In this document: one piece after another, positions 1-13,835 of the stretch
Position numbering within the stretch: the stretch's first letter is position 1
Layout: each line of letters starts with the position of its first letter
NCBI GenBank assembly: GCA_050084985.1
Contig: JBITNC010000001.1
Location: 203,732,001-203,796,000 of the forward strand
From: Nageia nagi
Lineage: Eukaryota; Plantae; Pinophyta
DNA length: 64,000 nt
Direction: 5' to 3'
Notes under the pieces: model-generated
The model's database searches: none
Seen by the model: the letters and a program-made list of their open reading frames with translations, nothing else
What the model was told of the DNA's origin: nothing
Translations under genes and position numbers: made by a program

Positions 1-3000
1 CCAATAGGAACATTAGCTTCAGGATCCAAAAAAAGAGAAAAGTTATTGAATCATCTGGTTCACAACAACTTCAGTAAAAGTAAAAAGAAGCTTAAATCAA
101 AATAGCTACTGCTTCATGGGAGTCTTCTCCAAAGAAGACAAAAATAATCAGGTCTCTATCCAAAGAGCAACAAATCTTGGAAAATAAATAAGTGCCAAAA
201 AAGAAGGCATGTACTAATAAATCATCTGAGGTGATAAGCACTCAGATCCCTTCTCCCTAGGCGATAAGCAAAGATCAACCTAAACCAAGTACAAGAGAAA
301 TTGAATTGGTGGATGTAGAAGAAACTCATTAACTCCAAAGCACTAACATAATTATTTATCAAGATGCTCAAAAGGAAATAGGTGATGAAGTACAATAAGG
401 GGGAGGAAATGTTATGGGGATGGGTGGTACAATAGCAATAGGAGGTGATGCAGGCAGAGATGAAGATGATGATGATAAGGATCCGAATAAAAAGAAAGAC
501 TTTGGCCCAAAAGATAAGCCATCTAAAAAGAAAAGCACCTGGTAGATGAAGAAGAAGAGGATTTACAAATTATATCCTTTATAGAGAAAGCAACACAAAA
601 GCCTACTCAGGATACTCCAAGATCTACTTCAAGAGTAGATGTATCTTCCCATTCTTTAATTCCTTTTTCTAAAACCTCACAAGAGAAAATAAAAAGTATT
701 TTTTTCTACTCAAGTAGTAGACCCCATTGATTGGGAAACCTTTGTTAATAAACCCCCTATGCTCTTGGAGCAACACATGAGAATTTTGAGTAAAGTGACA
801 AAAACAAGGGATATTAGAATTTCCTAGATGCCTTTCAAAGAAGGTCAACTAGAAACAACACCCATGACTGTGATAAATATAAATATGTAGAGTGCTCCAA
901 CTATAGATCAGTCCAAGTTTTTGGTTAACACTTCTCTGGTGGTTGAAAAGAGTCTCCAATATATGGAGAACAAAACAGAGAAGTTAAATAATAAGATTGA
1001 TCAATATAAGGACTACTCCCAAAAAGATAAAATGATATCCAAGTTGTAGAATCAAAACAAAGAGTTAATTGAAAAATTGGCCAATCAAAATTCTGAGCAT
1101 GAAAAGAGCCTTGAAGAGGCTAAGGTTGAGCTGGAAAATATGAAGAAACAGATTGAAGACCTAAAGTCTTAAGCCACCATGATTGAAAAGGAAAAGGCTC
1201 AGTAGATAGAAGAGGAACTCAAAAAGATAATGGCAATAAATAAAGTCTTAAATGATGATAAGATCAAGTTGTTGGAGATTGCCAAGAATTTTAAGAAAAC
1301 CCTGATGGAGTAGATAAATGAAAAATTAGTTAGCCTATCCCAACTACATTTATTGAAGAATAAAATAGAACAAGTTGTCCAATAGTACATTACTCAAACC
1401 ACACTCCACAAACTAGCCTTATCAATCCTAAGATCAACAACCAAAGGGATGCAAAGTTAGCTTAGGGCCTTAAAAGAGAAAAATCTATCTACAATTACTC
1501 CAAGACCTAGACAAACCATTTTGAGAAGGACCAAGGATATCTGTGTTGCAAGATTTAGTGTTAATCATGGACTTGGAGAAATATTAATTAAAGACAGAGA
1601 TTAAGTTTGTAAATAGATTCTTTCATTCTTTAGTTCAATTAAAGGCTCTCAAATTGTGGGAAGAACCAAATGTATAGGGTAGCATCAATCTATGGGTGGT
1701 GAATACCAAATAATTTTTGGAACAATCATTTTTTGAGAAATAAATTTTAGACCTGCAAGCAATAAATGACTTGGCCTAGGAAGCACTATCAAGATTCTTG
1801 TATGTTGGAAGATTGGAGAATATGGTGATGAGATTCAGAGTAAATATAGTCAAATTACAAGCATGCCATGTTCTATCACAAGTGGATAATTAGGATCTAA
1901 AAGATTTGTATAAGAAGCTGTAGTCTCTGCTTCCTTCAAAATTAGTTCCACTGCCAGAAGTCCCACCAAAGGATGCATCTAGGAAAGTGAGTGAAAGTGG
2001 CCAATAAGGGTCTTATTCTTCAGTAGGCTGAAGACCCCAAGAGCCTCCAGAAGATTATTATTCTTTCAAAATTACACTTTGTAAGGATGGTAACATTCTG
2101 CTATTCCTTTATTCTTTCATTCATTTATTCTTTCTCAATAAGATCCATGATTTTAATTCTCATTTCTTACTCCCCTTTAATTATTTTATAAGTATTATAA
2201 TTACTATATAGTCTTTATACTTAGTCATTTTTGTCAAATTTTGTTAAGTCTATGAAAGTTCGGGTACTGTCGATGTTTACGAATCATAATTGATATGTTT
2301 GATAACTTAATCATCTTTTTTATGAGAAGCGGGTGTTGTTGTGTAAATAAGTCTCGTACATTTGTTGCAACACACTTGGGTCTTTTCCAATAATTGTACA
2401 TAGCTTTAAGGTTGAAAGGTAGCTTTATTTTGTCTAAGTCATGTTCGGGAAGTAATGTAACATGTAAAGGAAGCAAATGTCTAACTCCAAATCCATGTTT
2501 TAAAGGAGTTCAAGTTTGTAAAATTTAAGTCTTGTAAATCTAGGTACTCTTTTCAGGCAGTGTTGTAAATATGAATCATTATTGAGTCAAAAAAATCAAT
2601 GGGTAATGATCTAGATCCCATGGATTTACAAAAGAAAAGTTGTATCGTACACCAAGAATTAGTGGGCACTGAGTTAGTCCATCAGCAAGTGTTACTGAAG
2701 GACCAAGTAGCAAGAGATATTTCAGTAAGTTCATTATGTAGAACCCATTGATTTTGAGTGATGATGTCACACCTTTTGTTGAAAATCGATAGGCGATAAG
2801 GCGATTCCCAATCAATCAAAAGATGTCGCCAGAGCAAATAAGACCCACTATACTAAGAAGAAAACTGTGAGATAAGGGAAACACCTGGGTCCACTTAATC
2901 ATGAGTGTTTGACCCTAGGGTCTCTATCAATGTGCCAACTATGACTAATTTCCACATGATAATAGCAATTCTTCCTTGGGTTTCAATGTTATATATTCAT

Positions 3001-3564
3001 TGCCCTTACAGTTTTTGCTATCCATAAATACAATGATTTTCATAAAAGGTTGTAGAGAGTTAGATGGGTATCGACAGAGCACAAAGACAAATTGTACCGA
3101 TCAAGTCAGTAGACCATATCATGAAAAATCAGCTATAGTTGCAACAAGATGCAGTCAAAGACAAATCAAAGAGATTACAGCTAAGAAGGTACAAAAGTTC
3201 AGAGTCTACAAATTCCCAAACATTGGCATTGATTGTACTAAGTTACTATACAATCTAGCATAGTTATAGATTGATGTTGTACATTTGTAAATAGTTCTTT
3301 GTTTTCTTCTTAGTCAATAGGGTAATTAATGGTAGTAATGATGGACAACCACCTAATTATAAATATATTCATATAAGAACTGTTGGAGGTCCAAAAGGTC
3401 AAACATTTTAGCAAGGTTGCCCAATGTATGAAATGCTTTCATATAAGATAATACAATACAATGATACTTTGTCCTTTGCAATTTGTGGCTATTTATTATA
3501 TCTTATTAATATTATGTATGAAACGTTGTCTTAAGTCGTGGCTATGTATTGCGACTACAAGACC

Positions 3565-5396
3565 TGTAGATTCCTACATTGAAATTCTTGAAATAGGGTC
3601 CGGGGTATTCTAATTATTATCCTAAGATCACCTAAATGTCCCCGGAGCCATTCCGGAATAAATAAACAGCCGGAGTCAGTGAATAAAGCCCTCCGGAATG
3701 AAAAGAAGAGGTCGCGGAGAAAAGATAGTCATATTTTGGCGAAGACCGAATTCCGGAACAAGATGACGTCTGCAAGGAGTAACTTCGTATCCGGAGCCTT
3801 CGGGTAAAGCATTCCGGAAAAATAAGAAGGTGACATCAGCAAGGATGGACGAGGTTCACAATTGCAAAGGACTCCGGAGTCCGGAGGAGATGACGCCAGC
3901 AAGTAGTGACTTAGTAGCCGGAGCCATAAAGGAAAACATTCCGGAGGAAAGAAAGATGACGTCACAGGTGAAACGACGTTCGCATTTTGATGGAACCGGA
4001 GTCCGGAGATGACGAGTCATCAAAGGTAACTAGAAGGCCCGGAATCTGTGCATGGAGCATTCCGGACATATGAAGGCGATGTCACAGGTAGAACAGTGTT
4101 CATATCTTGCAGGAAATCAGACTCCGGAAGCAATGAAGTCTACACCGTCTTATCCGGAAGGCGAAGCGTTCCGGAGGTCCGGAAATGACGTCACATGGAA
4201 AGGCAAAGTCTACATCCGGAAGGGAAACCGGAGCCCGGAACAGATGACATCAGCAAAAAGAAGATTAGTATCCGGAACCAGCGAGCGAGAAATTCCGGAG
4301 ATTCAAAGGTGATGTCACAAGGAGATATAAAGTTTACAATCATAAAGCAAACCGGAGCCCGGAATGGATGACATCATCAAGGAGTGACTTAGTGTCCGGA
4401 GCCAATGGAATGAAGAATTCCGGAGACTTGAAGCTGACGTCAGGTGAAGGGGAAAAGATTAACATTTGGAATTAAGACCACGTCAAGAGGAAAACAGGCC
4501 CGCAACGAAAGATCAAAGAGTCAGAGTCGGAGAATTGAACATCCCGGGAGAGAGAGAGAGAAGTCTGCAAAATTCCAGAGCGCCATCATCAAGGGAATCG
4601 AATTATCAGCAATCTGCCCCATTTTGTAACAGTCGGCCAAGTGTCATATGTAGTTGATAGCAGTTCAAGAAGGCCGGAATCTTGCGGCCGTTTTTGTAAA
4701 CGTTTCCGTTCTGTAACCTTGTAACTGTTGTTAATACAGTATAAATATATGAAAATAAAGAGAAACTAGGGTCGGAAGCCTAGTATTGCCCTTTTCATTT
4801 GTTCTCGAAGACCTGTAGCTTCAGTCCGGTACTATGAAACCATCTTGACCTTTCTTGTCTAGCACTCGTAATTGTTATTCTTAATTTGGTTACATTGTGG
4901 CAGCTTAGCTTGTTTCCTGAGTAATAGTTGCGGGTTGCTAGTATAACTGTGTCTGCTACATGGTAGAGTAGAAGCTGGGGAGCTATTCAGAGAGTGAGGA
5001 CTTGTTCTGTGGCTGCGACACTAGATTCAGGCCAAGGTTTCGCATACTGCGAAAGCCTGCGCTGAACTAGTGATCTACCCCTTTGCTTTCTCTCTCGTTA
5101 CCCTATCCTTTTATCCCTTTCCTGTTACTCTATCCTTTTATCCCTTTCCTGTTACTCTCATCCTTTTGCTTACATTCCTCGCACCCTGTCCTTTTTATTT
5201 CCTCTCTTGTTACCCTTACTCTTTTGCTTTAATCTCTCGCACTCTGTTCTTTTTATCTCTTTCCAGTTACTTTTTCTATACCCAATGGATAAGGAACCGG
5301 CCTTCTCCGGAGATCAGGCTGCGTCCTACAGTCTGTTCGTGAACTACTTTGGTTAAGATTGTTCCAGGCGCACATATTACACAATCTCAATCAACA
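3565..5396 (+). mobile_element. Solo LTR (1832 bp)
   Basis: TGTAG...CAACA termini; TSD AGACC at 3560-3564 and 5397-5401; TATAAATA near 4740. Confidence 0.88.
3600..4680. repeat. Degenerate tandem array (~120-bp unit) rich in (T)CCGGA and TGAC(G/A)TCA inside the solo LTR
   Basis: About 30 CCGGA occurrences by hand count; TGACGTCA near 3957, 4186 and 4435. Confidence 0.8.
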
Positions 5397-5737
5397 AGAC
5401 CCTAAGAGTAAGATAGTTTTACTATTCCTAATCTTGGCTATGGATTGCTACTTGTGTGGTAATGCCTAGGCTAATTAGTTTCAGTTTACTTTTTGTAGTT
5501 CATTTTTCTATCTCTTTCCTGTTACTTTTATTTTTTCATCTCTTTCCAATTACTTTTGACCTTTACCATAGACAAGAATCGGCCTATAATTCAGAGATAG
5601 AGCAAAAAACCCCATGAGCGCATTGTCCCACCACTTTTTGCTCTTTCAATAACCCTACTATTGCAGGCAATGGAGAACATGATTGTGCCAAACCTTTAAG
5701 GTTATGTTATACTGATCAACCGTTACTGTAGTCCCCT

Positions 5738-7830
5738 AGCCTTTGATTTGTCCAAGTATAGGAAAATTCATGGAGATCTACATCTAGAAGAGCATTCAAA
5801 TCCATAAAATCTCTAAATTCCAACATATCATCCATTATATCCTAAGATCCCCCTATTTTATTAGCTACATTAAGGTGGATATTGAAATCTCCTAACACTA
5901 CCCAATGAATTCCAGCAAAGGTTACTCTCATCTCACTAGGATTTTTCCATAAAGTTTTCCTACCTGTAGGTTTATCAAGTGCATAAACATTGGTTAGAAT
6001 ATAGTCTTCACTAGAAATCCTATTATGACAAAAAAGGCTAATTGACCATAAGATCACTCTTTCTTCTATAACTTGATCATTCCACAAAATTAAAAGTCCA
6101 CTAGATAGACCTTTTGCCTTATTAAAAGCTATTTCAGCTTCTCTCCAAATTCTATTTTTAAAAGGAACTATTTTATCTCTCAACATCTTCATTTCTTGTA
6201 AAATAATTATATAGGGTTTATGGTTTTTCTTTAGGTCATAGAGTTCCCTCGTCTTAACAATGTTATGACCTTTATTATTCGAGATAGTACCTTCATCGAT
6301 TACCTCTATTCCCTTGATCCTTGCTCCCAAAATTTAGAATTGTTTGAGTGTCGTTAGCTATTTCCTTGGCTACCTCTTTCTAAAGTTTGATCGAGCTACT
6401 AAGCTTATCCCTAGAACCAAAGCTCCATCCTCCTATATTTGCACTAGCTCTAGCTACACTCCAAGTTAGGACTTTATTCTTCTATGATCTTGGAGTAACT
6501 TTTACCGTAATATTGTTATAATCAATTATAAATATATCCTCATTAAGATTCTCAATAAGTTCAAACCTATTTGAAGTGAGGATCTCTTCTTGAATGAATT
6601 GTCCTTAGAGCTCCAAGGTTGTGCAAGGGACTCTTTCTTCTTCTTCTCTCTATGTCTCATAAGCCTTTCTTGTTCCTTCGGCCCATAAAGGGGGATCATA
6701 TAATCACTTTTCCTTTTCCACCTTCAATATTTGTAGTTGGTTGCTCGAAGCAAGGGCCTTCCTTCTAAGAATAAGGGGGGCTTTTATTACTCATATCCTG
6801 AGGGGCAACTTTTTTCTCATAATGGGCTTTAGGTCGCCATTGCATGTTGGGTTGTTGAAAAACTTTCTTTGCTAAGTAGCGAATACTCTAGTGAACAAAT
6901 TTGTTACAATCATTAATCTTAAATGAGGTATTTTCATACTCAAATTCCTAAGTATAAGTTCCAAAAATTGTATCTAGATTTATTGTTTTGGGGAGATCTT
7001 TACTAAGATCAACCATAACACAAATTCAAGTTGCAAGCAATTTAGATTTGCTAATAGTTTTTGGATCAATCACCATTAGCTCTCCTATTTTATTAGCCAT
7101 TCTTGCTAGAATTTGTTCATGCCAATACAACAATAGAAGCCCTAGCATACAAACCCAAATAAGTGCTAAGTCTAATTATTGGGTTAAAGGGTTGAACTTT
7201 GAGCTCCACCTTTTCAAAAACAATTAATTCTCTTTTCCCATAAAACCAAGGTCCTCCATGTAGGATTCAATCTAGATCTTGTGGATAATGGAACTTAACT
7301 AGAAAAAAGCTTTTGGGTAAAGCTTTGATTTCCACTTTCAAACGTGATCTCTAGTTTTGCAAGGCCCATCTTCTAATTTCTTCTAGTTTCGACCTAACCC
7401 CATGAATTTAACCACTACCAAGTCTTTCTTTTGTCCATCACGTAATTAATCAAAGAGTCAAGGACAAAGAGCCTACCATTTGAGGGTTTAAGATTAAAAT
7501 AAGCATCATGCAAACACTGCTTACCTCTAAACACATTGATCCATGATTGCCACCATGGACTCGAGTCCAATCTCCCATCCCCTTAGTGGGACTCTATAAC
7601 TTGATCTTTCATCCTTGTTCACTATTACACTTATTATGTCAAAAGCTGATTTTTGTCCATCTACTCCTTTACCTAGGAATCATCCATTAAAGATGCTCCC
7701 AATCAAGAAGATAGAGCCTATCCTTGTCCTCTTCTTCCAAATGAATCATTTTTACCTTGTGATTGCTAGTCTAAATTGTCTCCTTACACACCCTATAACT
7801 AGAATTTGAAGCTCCATAGCCTCGATCCAC
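5738..7830 (-). mobile_element. L1-type LINE remnant: ORF1 plus N-terminal endonuclease of ORF2, 3'-truncated
   Basis: Endonuclease motifs IIILQE.K, SGLLILWN, LTNVYA, WVVLGDFN (5842-6330) and SYTWT near 5750. Upstream ORF1-like GGPWF and PIWV motifs with frameshifts. Boundaries approximate. Confidence 0.82.
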
Positions 7831-8069
7831 TCATTCGCTCACCAGTTTTACTTAATACACTTTTATTCTAATAAATAAGAAATAATAGTTAATGTAGTCT
7901 AATCTTTTGCTTTCGCTTTTGACATTTACATCAAAATTTTCTTATTTCAGTAAATTCACTTGAGTGCAAATCTTCCCACCTGAACTGGCTTGCGCTGGAT
8001 TTCAAAAAAGGGCATGGCCCTAAATTGACTCATTCCTACACATAAAGTCTCGGCAGGTGCCATTTATTA

Positions 8070-8429
8070 ATGGAAGACTCCGTTTATATGAAGCAGCTGA
8101 AGAAGAGACTAGCAGAAGAGGACTACAACCACCACCAGCAGCAGAAGAGACCAGAAGAAGAAGAGGACTATAGCCGGAGGAACAAGAAAAATAAGAGACT
8201 AGAGGAGGACTACAAGCACATGAAGAAGAAAAACAAGAGACCAGAAGAACAAATGGACCACAGCCTGAAGAAGAAGAAGAAGAAGAAGAAGAAAACATCA
8301 CATCATGAGGACATGGACAGAGGCAAAGCCGACACTGCGGAAGAAGCAGGAGTAGGTGCAACCACAGTAAGCATAGCAGTAGCAGGGTCCATCGTGGAGA
8401 ACGCCCAGTCCTCTGAACTTGCTACACGG
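8070..8429 (+). CDS. SPOUT1: SPOUT-family putative RNA methyltransferase (C9orf114/CENP-32-like), exon 1
   Basis: ATG at 8070, Lys/Glu-rich N-terminus, then TVSIAVAGSIVENAQSSELATR, which I recognise as the start of the conserved C9orf114 domain. Phase-0 GT donor at 8430. Confidence 0.9.
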
Positions 8430-8523
8430 GTGGGCTACTGCTCTTATTGCTATTACTATTACATGAGGATTAGATTGGTTTGTGTTGTTTAAGCGACATT
8501 GCATTGTATTTCGGATTGTGCAG

Positions 8524-8571
8524 CTGGCGGGACAGATAGCAAGGGCGGCTACAATTTTCAGAATTGACGAG
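8524..8571 (+). CDS. SPOUT1: SPOUT1-like methyltransferase, exon 2 (LAGQIARAATIFRIDE)
   Basis: CAG acceptor at 8521-8523 and GTGAG donor at 8572. The peptide continues the conserved family motif in frame after a 94-nt intron. Confidence 0.92.
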
Positions 8572-10449
8572 GTGAGCCCTACCTTTGCAAGTGAGGATTA
8601 GCTTTGGAAAATGTTATTATGGTGGGGGGATGCATTTTGCAAAAAGGATTTGCAAGTAGCTCACATGACAATCATATTGCGCCCTGAGGAGTTTTAGTAC
8701 TCGGAGAGATGTTTGTCATAGATTCAATCATTTTGTATGGCTAAGTATTAATAAAGCCTACTTCCCTGCGGAGGTTCGTGCTTTAGGAGATTTTCTGCAT
8801 GATATATGCTTTATCTAGATGTGCGAAATTTTTTGTTGATTCTTTTGTTTGCATAAAAGCTCACCTATATTTTGAACCAGTTTAACCTTGCCATATTTGA
8901 ATACGTATACTTCCAAGTTTATGATATATTCTTCACTTGTTTTACCCCCAAGTAGGTAAACATGTCCCACCAAACTGATCCAAGGGATTTTGCTTGAAAC
9001 AATGCCCTTCATGCCTAGAATTCTTTTATTTTTGAAATTGCCTGCTTTCTCTATGCATTCTAGGAGTCGTCTGTGCCACCAATAAAATCACCATTCTATT
9101 CTGCCATACTAGAATTCTCTTCAAACAGCAACTTGGGTGCCACGAACATGGTCATTGGAAGAATACATTTACCGTAATCCATATACCTTACATGTCACCA
9201 CACTTGTCAAAAACACCTGGCTATTAGGTTGTTTCATTGATCAAGATACAGGGAGATAGCCAAGGCACCGTATGACAATGCACCCCCATTTCCTTCGTTA
9301 TGATTGAAACAATGTTTTTGCCATTAGCCAGAAGCTGATAAGTTTGTTTTCATGTAGGTAGAGCACATTAAAATTCGAATTAGAGATGATTTTTTTTGTT
9401 GGTATACTATAAATGATTATGTGCAGTCAATTCCTCGCCAACTTCAAACACTCTCATAATGTTCTCGACTGGCATTTTTAGTTTCACGAGCAACTTTAGT
9501 CAAGTCATTGCCTGAGAACCAAGAAAGTGTTCGTAGCACTAATTTCATTTGGGCTACAATGGAAGAAGAGGAGTTCTATTGAGTTTCCTAACTTCTGTTA
9601 ATAGATTTATTGGGCCATTGTTCTGAGTCTTCTGACCTATCTTGATGTTTGCAGTGCACTATTTTGAGTCAACATTTGACATTCATGAGAAGTCATCTGA
9701 CTGGGCTTGGGGGTAAAACACAACCAAATAGCTCATCATGAACTTAAAAAGATATGAAGCAATTGATCATTCAAATATAATTTGCATTACTTTACAACAC
9801 TGTCACATGTTTTGGGTCCTGTCATGGTAGGGCTACATAATAAACCGGACCTAGCCAATAATCTATACAATCTCTAGGCTTTTCTTGTCAACCAAATGCT
9901 CTATAGTAGTTCTATATCACTCTCAAAATACTAGACATACTTCTAGTCCAAATTAGCCTTCATTTTTCGAGTCTCTCCATCAGTCATCGACTACATCCCA
10001 TGGATCTTAACTATCATTATAACTATACAACATTTTTACGTTGCTGTCACTTTTCTGTTGCAAATACTAGGGGTAGCTCTCTTTATTTCTGTTATACACT
10101 TTCAAAGTGCTCTACCTCAACTCTTTACAACCACCTCACCTTCATGCATAATTACAAATTGTGACAACTAGTTTTAAGGTAGTTTACTTCCCTCATATGG
10201 GGTTTATACCTAACATAACTATTTCTGCCAACGCAATATATCAATTACAAGTGCTCACACATGGTGGTTATGATTCTTCATCAAACCACCCATTTGTTAA
10301 ATTTACATTTGGTGGATGAGCTAGCTCACAACATACTAGGTGTTGCAAGTTCATGGAAGTTGGTTAGGATTCTCAAACTCATCTCCTCTTAACCACTTGA
10401 TTTGCTACATATTTATAAAAGATAGAATCTTCATGATGATAAATAAGTG

Positions 10450-10850
10450 TCAAGATCACATCTGAAGGTTCAGCATCACATATTTCAACACATGTTTTGA
10501 ATTAGTACAAAGAAGTCTGTCATGCCTTGGGTGATTCTCACCAAATGTTTTTGAGGGGCTTTTTATACTATTGAAATCATCAGTTATGATTACTTTTTTT
10601 TGAGGAAATTTAAGATAGATTTGATGAAATTGCTAAGGGTTGCCCATAATGCATTCCTTTCTTCCCTTGTTTTTTGTCCACAAACACTTATAGTGCAGCA
10701 GACAATATCCGATTTACAATTTCTTGCTTTGGCTGCAATCCAATTCCTTTCTTTGTCAATGAAGTGACATCCATTGCTGCTGCATTCCAACAGCTAATTT
10801 AACCACCTGATGCTCCTTCTGATTCTTCAACTATACAATGCATTCATAGT
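10450..10850 (-). mobile_element. Highly degenerate LINE endonuclease fragment
   Basis: ISVCGQKTREERNALWATL resembles the plant L1 endonuclease motif .NVYGP....R..LW..L. Confidence 0.45.
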
Positions 10851-12249
10851 TTTTTCAAAATATATTGGCAAGAGTTTCTGCTTTTGGATGTAATGGTTTC
10901 CTTACTATACACCCACCATTACTAGTAATAATGCTATATTACATGCATAGTTTTATGGTTTATATATATATATTTTTAATAGACAAGAATAGTTTAATCC
11001 AAGACTGATTGGATTCCTTTTTCCATTGACGTCAATTTTCATAGAACTGAAATACCAAGTTAAAAGAGTTTCAGTTCTCCACAGATTGTAGTTTGAGCGT
11101 AATCTTGGTGTTGGCTTCTTAAGGATAGTTAGGCAGCACATTTATCATACATCCTCTGAACAATGAGCAATTCAACTTCATCAGTTAGAATATGTACTCA
11201 TAATGTGGAAACCTTTTTAGAAGACCCTTATGTTAAGATTTAACAAAGTTGTTCATAGTTTTGACATCCAACCGTTTCACTTAATCATTATGGTCAAGTA
11301 CAATTTCAATTGTTCCCTTATCTTACTTGCTGAGGTGTTGTACATAATATTACATGATAGAAAGCATAATTCGTACACTTCTAACATAAACAACTACAGT
11401 AACCAAGAACTTATCAATGCAGAACTGCCATATGAGCATATATTACCAAGTATTTGTAATTTCATGTTCAACTTTAAATAAATGATTATGGTAATTAATA
11501 AATGCTGAATTCAACAATTCCAACTGTAAAGCATGCATCATAAACATCATTCACATAAAAGAGACACATATTTTGATTAACATGGAAAACTTTCGATGAG
11601 ATTTTGGAAGAAAAATCCATGGGCAGACTAACTGCCATGCTTCAATTTTTATGTTTTAATTTATTTTCAATTTAAACAATTTACATGCATATCTCAATGC
11701 TCTTCAAGGCCTTTCTTACAATTTTGTTACTAACATACAGAAAAATCATTACACAGCAACATTCTATGCCCAATCAATTTTCTCAATATGAAAAGAGGCT
11801 ACCCTATTAGATAACAAATTTTGCTAAGCACATAAGCATACTGATGTCTCGATTTCACCATATCCAAATTGTTTCCTGTAAACGATTCCTTCATTAAAGA
11901 TTCCATATCATATCATATGGTGCTAATTCATATGCATGGTTTGCCATGAGGATGCAAGCGGCTATCTTATGTTCTCTCCTATCATTTATAATGCAATAAT
12001 ATGATAATTGGCCAGCTGTCAATAACATCATGAATACTACACTTAAATATTTTTGCAATTTCTATATGCAACTAGGGTCAAAACTCATGCTTATGGAATG
12101 CAAACATATCCAACAAAACTCTTACAATAAATGCCCATATCAACTGCATAAGAAGTTCCTTTTTATAATACTATAAATCAAACTTCTCAAGTAAATCTAT
12201 TAATCTCTATCCATGAGTTTTCAGTGAAGATGCAAGCATATAACATATC

Positions 12250-13686
12250 TTTTATATAACCTTCTTGATCAAAATGGATTTCTTAGTCATAAAAATAAAA
12301 GTCTCCAAAAAAGTGATATATCTCTTAAAAGTTGAAGTTTACTTTGCCAGCTCGTCAACATCTTTGACGGTTTTGAAATCCGATATCATATGAATGAAAT
12401 ATTGAGGTTTGGAGTTTTTAATAAATAGTAATTAAAGATTACTATTTATTTATTATTTCAAAAGGTTTTATTTAAAATTTCAAGGTTGAAAAATACTTCA
12501 ATATCATTTTAAAATGCCACATTGCCGACCACATAGTCAGCAAAAAAGGGCCAATCAAAATTGTAGTCAAAGGATCATTGATCGGTCAAAAGGAGGTGTG
12601 ATATTAAGAGGAGGCGTTCATGTTGATCCACCCACATGGCAAGTTGCTTGTGCATAGGTAAAATGGCGGGTTGCATTGTGTTAAAGCCCATTGTCTGTGA
12701 CATGGAGGACAACGCTATCGTAGGGAAAACCATGCAAAGGAGTTGACCATCAGCATGTGAACGTGTGGTCTATCATTCGTTTTGGGGGTCATGGAGTTTA
12801 AGATAGCCATCAACTGATGCCACCTTGAGGATTGTACATGTAGGTGAATGGTGAATGAGCGCTCATGCGTTGGTCAATAAGTCAATGATGCCAAATGGCA
12901 TATCTTGGTTGCATTCACTGATTTATGAATTCATTTGAAGGATTTTCATTGGATCCACTTGAGGACTATTTGAAGTCGGGTATTAATTGGTGGAAAGGTA
13001 TTTTTGGCATTTTGTTGGATAGTGAAAATCTGACATATTTGCAAATCATACCTATATTATTCGTATGATTTTCAAAGAAGGTTATTAGCCATAATAAATT
13101 GGCACAAAAATAATAATCTTTAATTACTATTGTTGTTGACCAAAAACTAATATGGGCTAAAAGGATATATACAGGAGTGTAATAATTGGCAAATGGAAAC
13201 AAATATTATGGAGAGAATATTTCAAAGATGTAACCAATTCTCCTAATATTGTACACCCTTATTATTATAAAAGGGTATGTGGAGAATGGATATTTTAATT
13301 CCTTTTGGAAGGCGTTCCATGCCTTGGGCATGAAAGAGCTTTAATGGGACCTTAGTTGATTTTGTAAAATGGGGAGATTCTTTGTTGGAGGAAAGTGCAA
13401 GAGGGAAAAACAACCCAGAAGAGAGGTGTGAAATTACCTGAAGTGTTATGGGAGTTCAAGTAAAAACAAACTCCTCTTCCATGTATTCTCCAAAACAAAA
13501 TCAAAAGAAGGTATTTGCTGGATGTAGACCACATCGGTCGAACCAAGGTAAAAACTTGTGTCAATCTTATGTGGTTGATTAATTTTATTTCCGTAAGCAC
13601 TTAAAAATTAAGTGTGAGATCCGAAGTAAACTCGTAAGTTAGGGTTTATAGATCACTTCCACTGATTTCTTTTCCGCATTTTAACA
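12250..13686 (+). mobile_element. LTR-like remnant related to 57330-58270
   Basis: Ends in TTCCGCATTTTAACA; shares the TTGAAATCCGATATCA...TTACTATTTA block with 57435-57500. Left end and TSD not found. Confidence 0.5.
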
Positions 13687-13835
13687 AATATGGTAGTTTA
13701 CGTTTTGAAACATCTTTGCCTTTGTTTAACACAATCAACCTTTCAAGCTACATTTATAGGTATGAGCATAATGGCCATTTCAGATACATGAAATCAATAA
13801 AAGAAATAATCAGCAATCAATTACCTGTTGCAATC

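Larger units (their letters stand above)
1..5633 (+). mobile_element. Old retroelement/large-LTR remnant with a degenerate Lys/Glu-rich ORF (about 1-2050), interrupted by a solo LTR
   Basis: Stop-riddled coding-like sequence including GGDAGRDEDDDDKDPNKKKD. TATA-like TATAAATA near 3358. A pyrimidine-rich U5-like tail resumes after 5401. Right boundary approximate. Confidence 0.45.

Noticed and set aside
3729-4657. Short ORFs in the TCCGGA array
   Set aside because: By-products of a GC-richer tandem repeat inside a TSD-flanked solo LTR.
8020-8504. Minus-strand ORFs of 113 and 68 aa
   Set aside because: Antisense shadows of the low-complexity exon 1.
9850-10400. Possible decayed transposase or integrase
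   Set aside because: No convincing motif could be recovered by eye.
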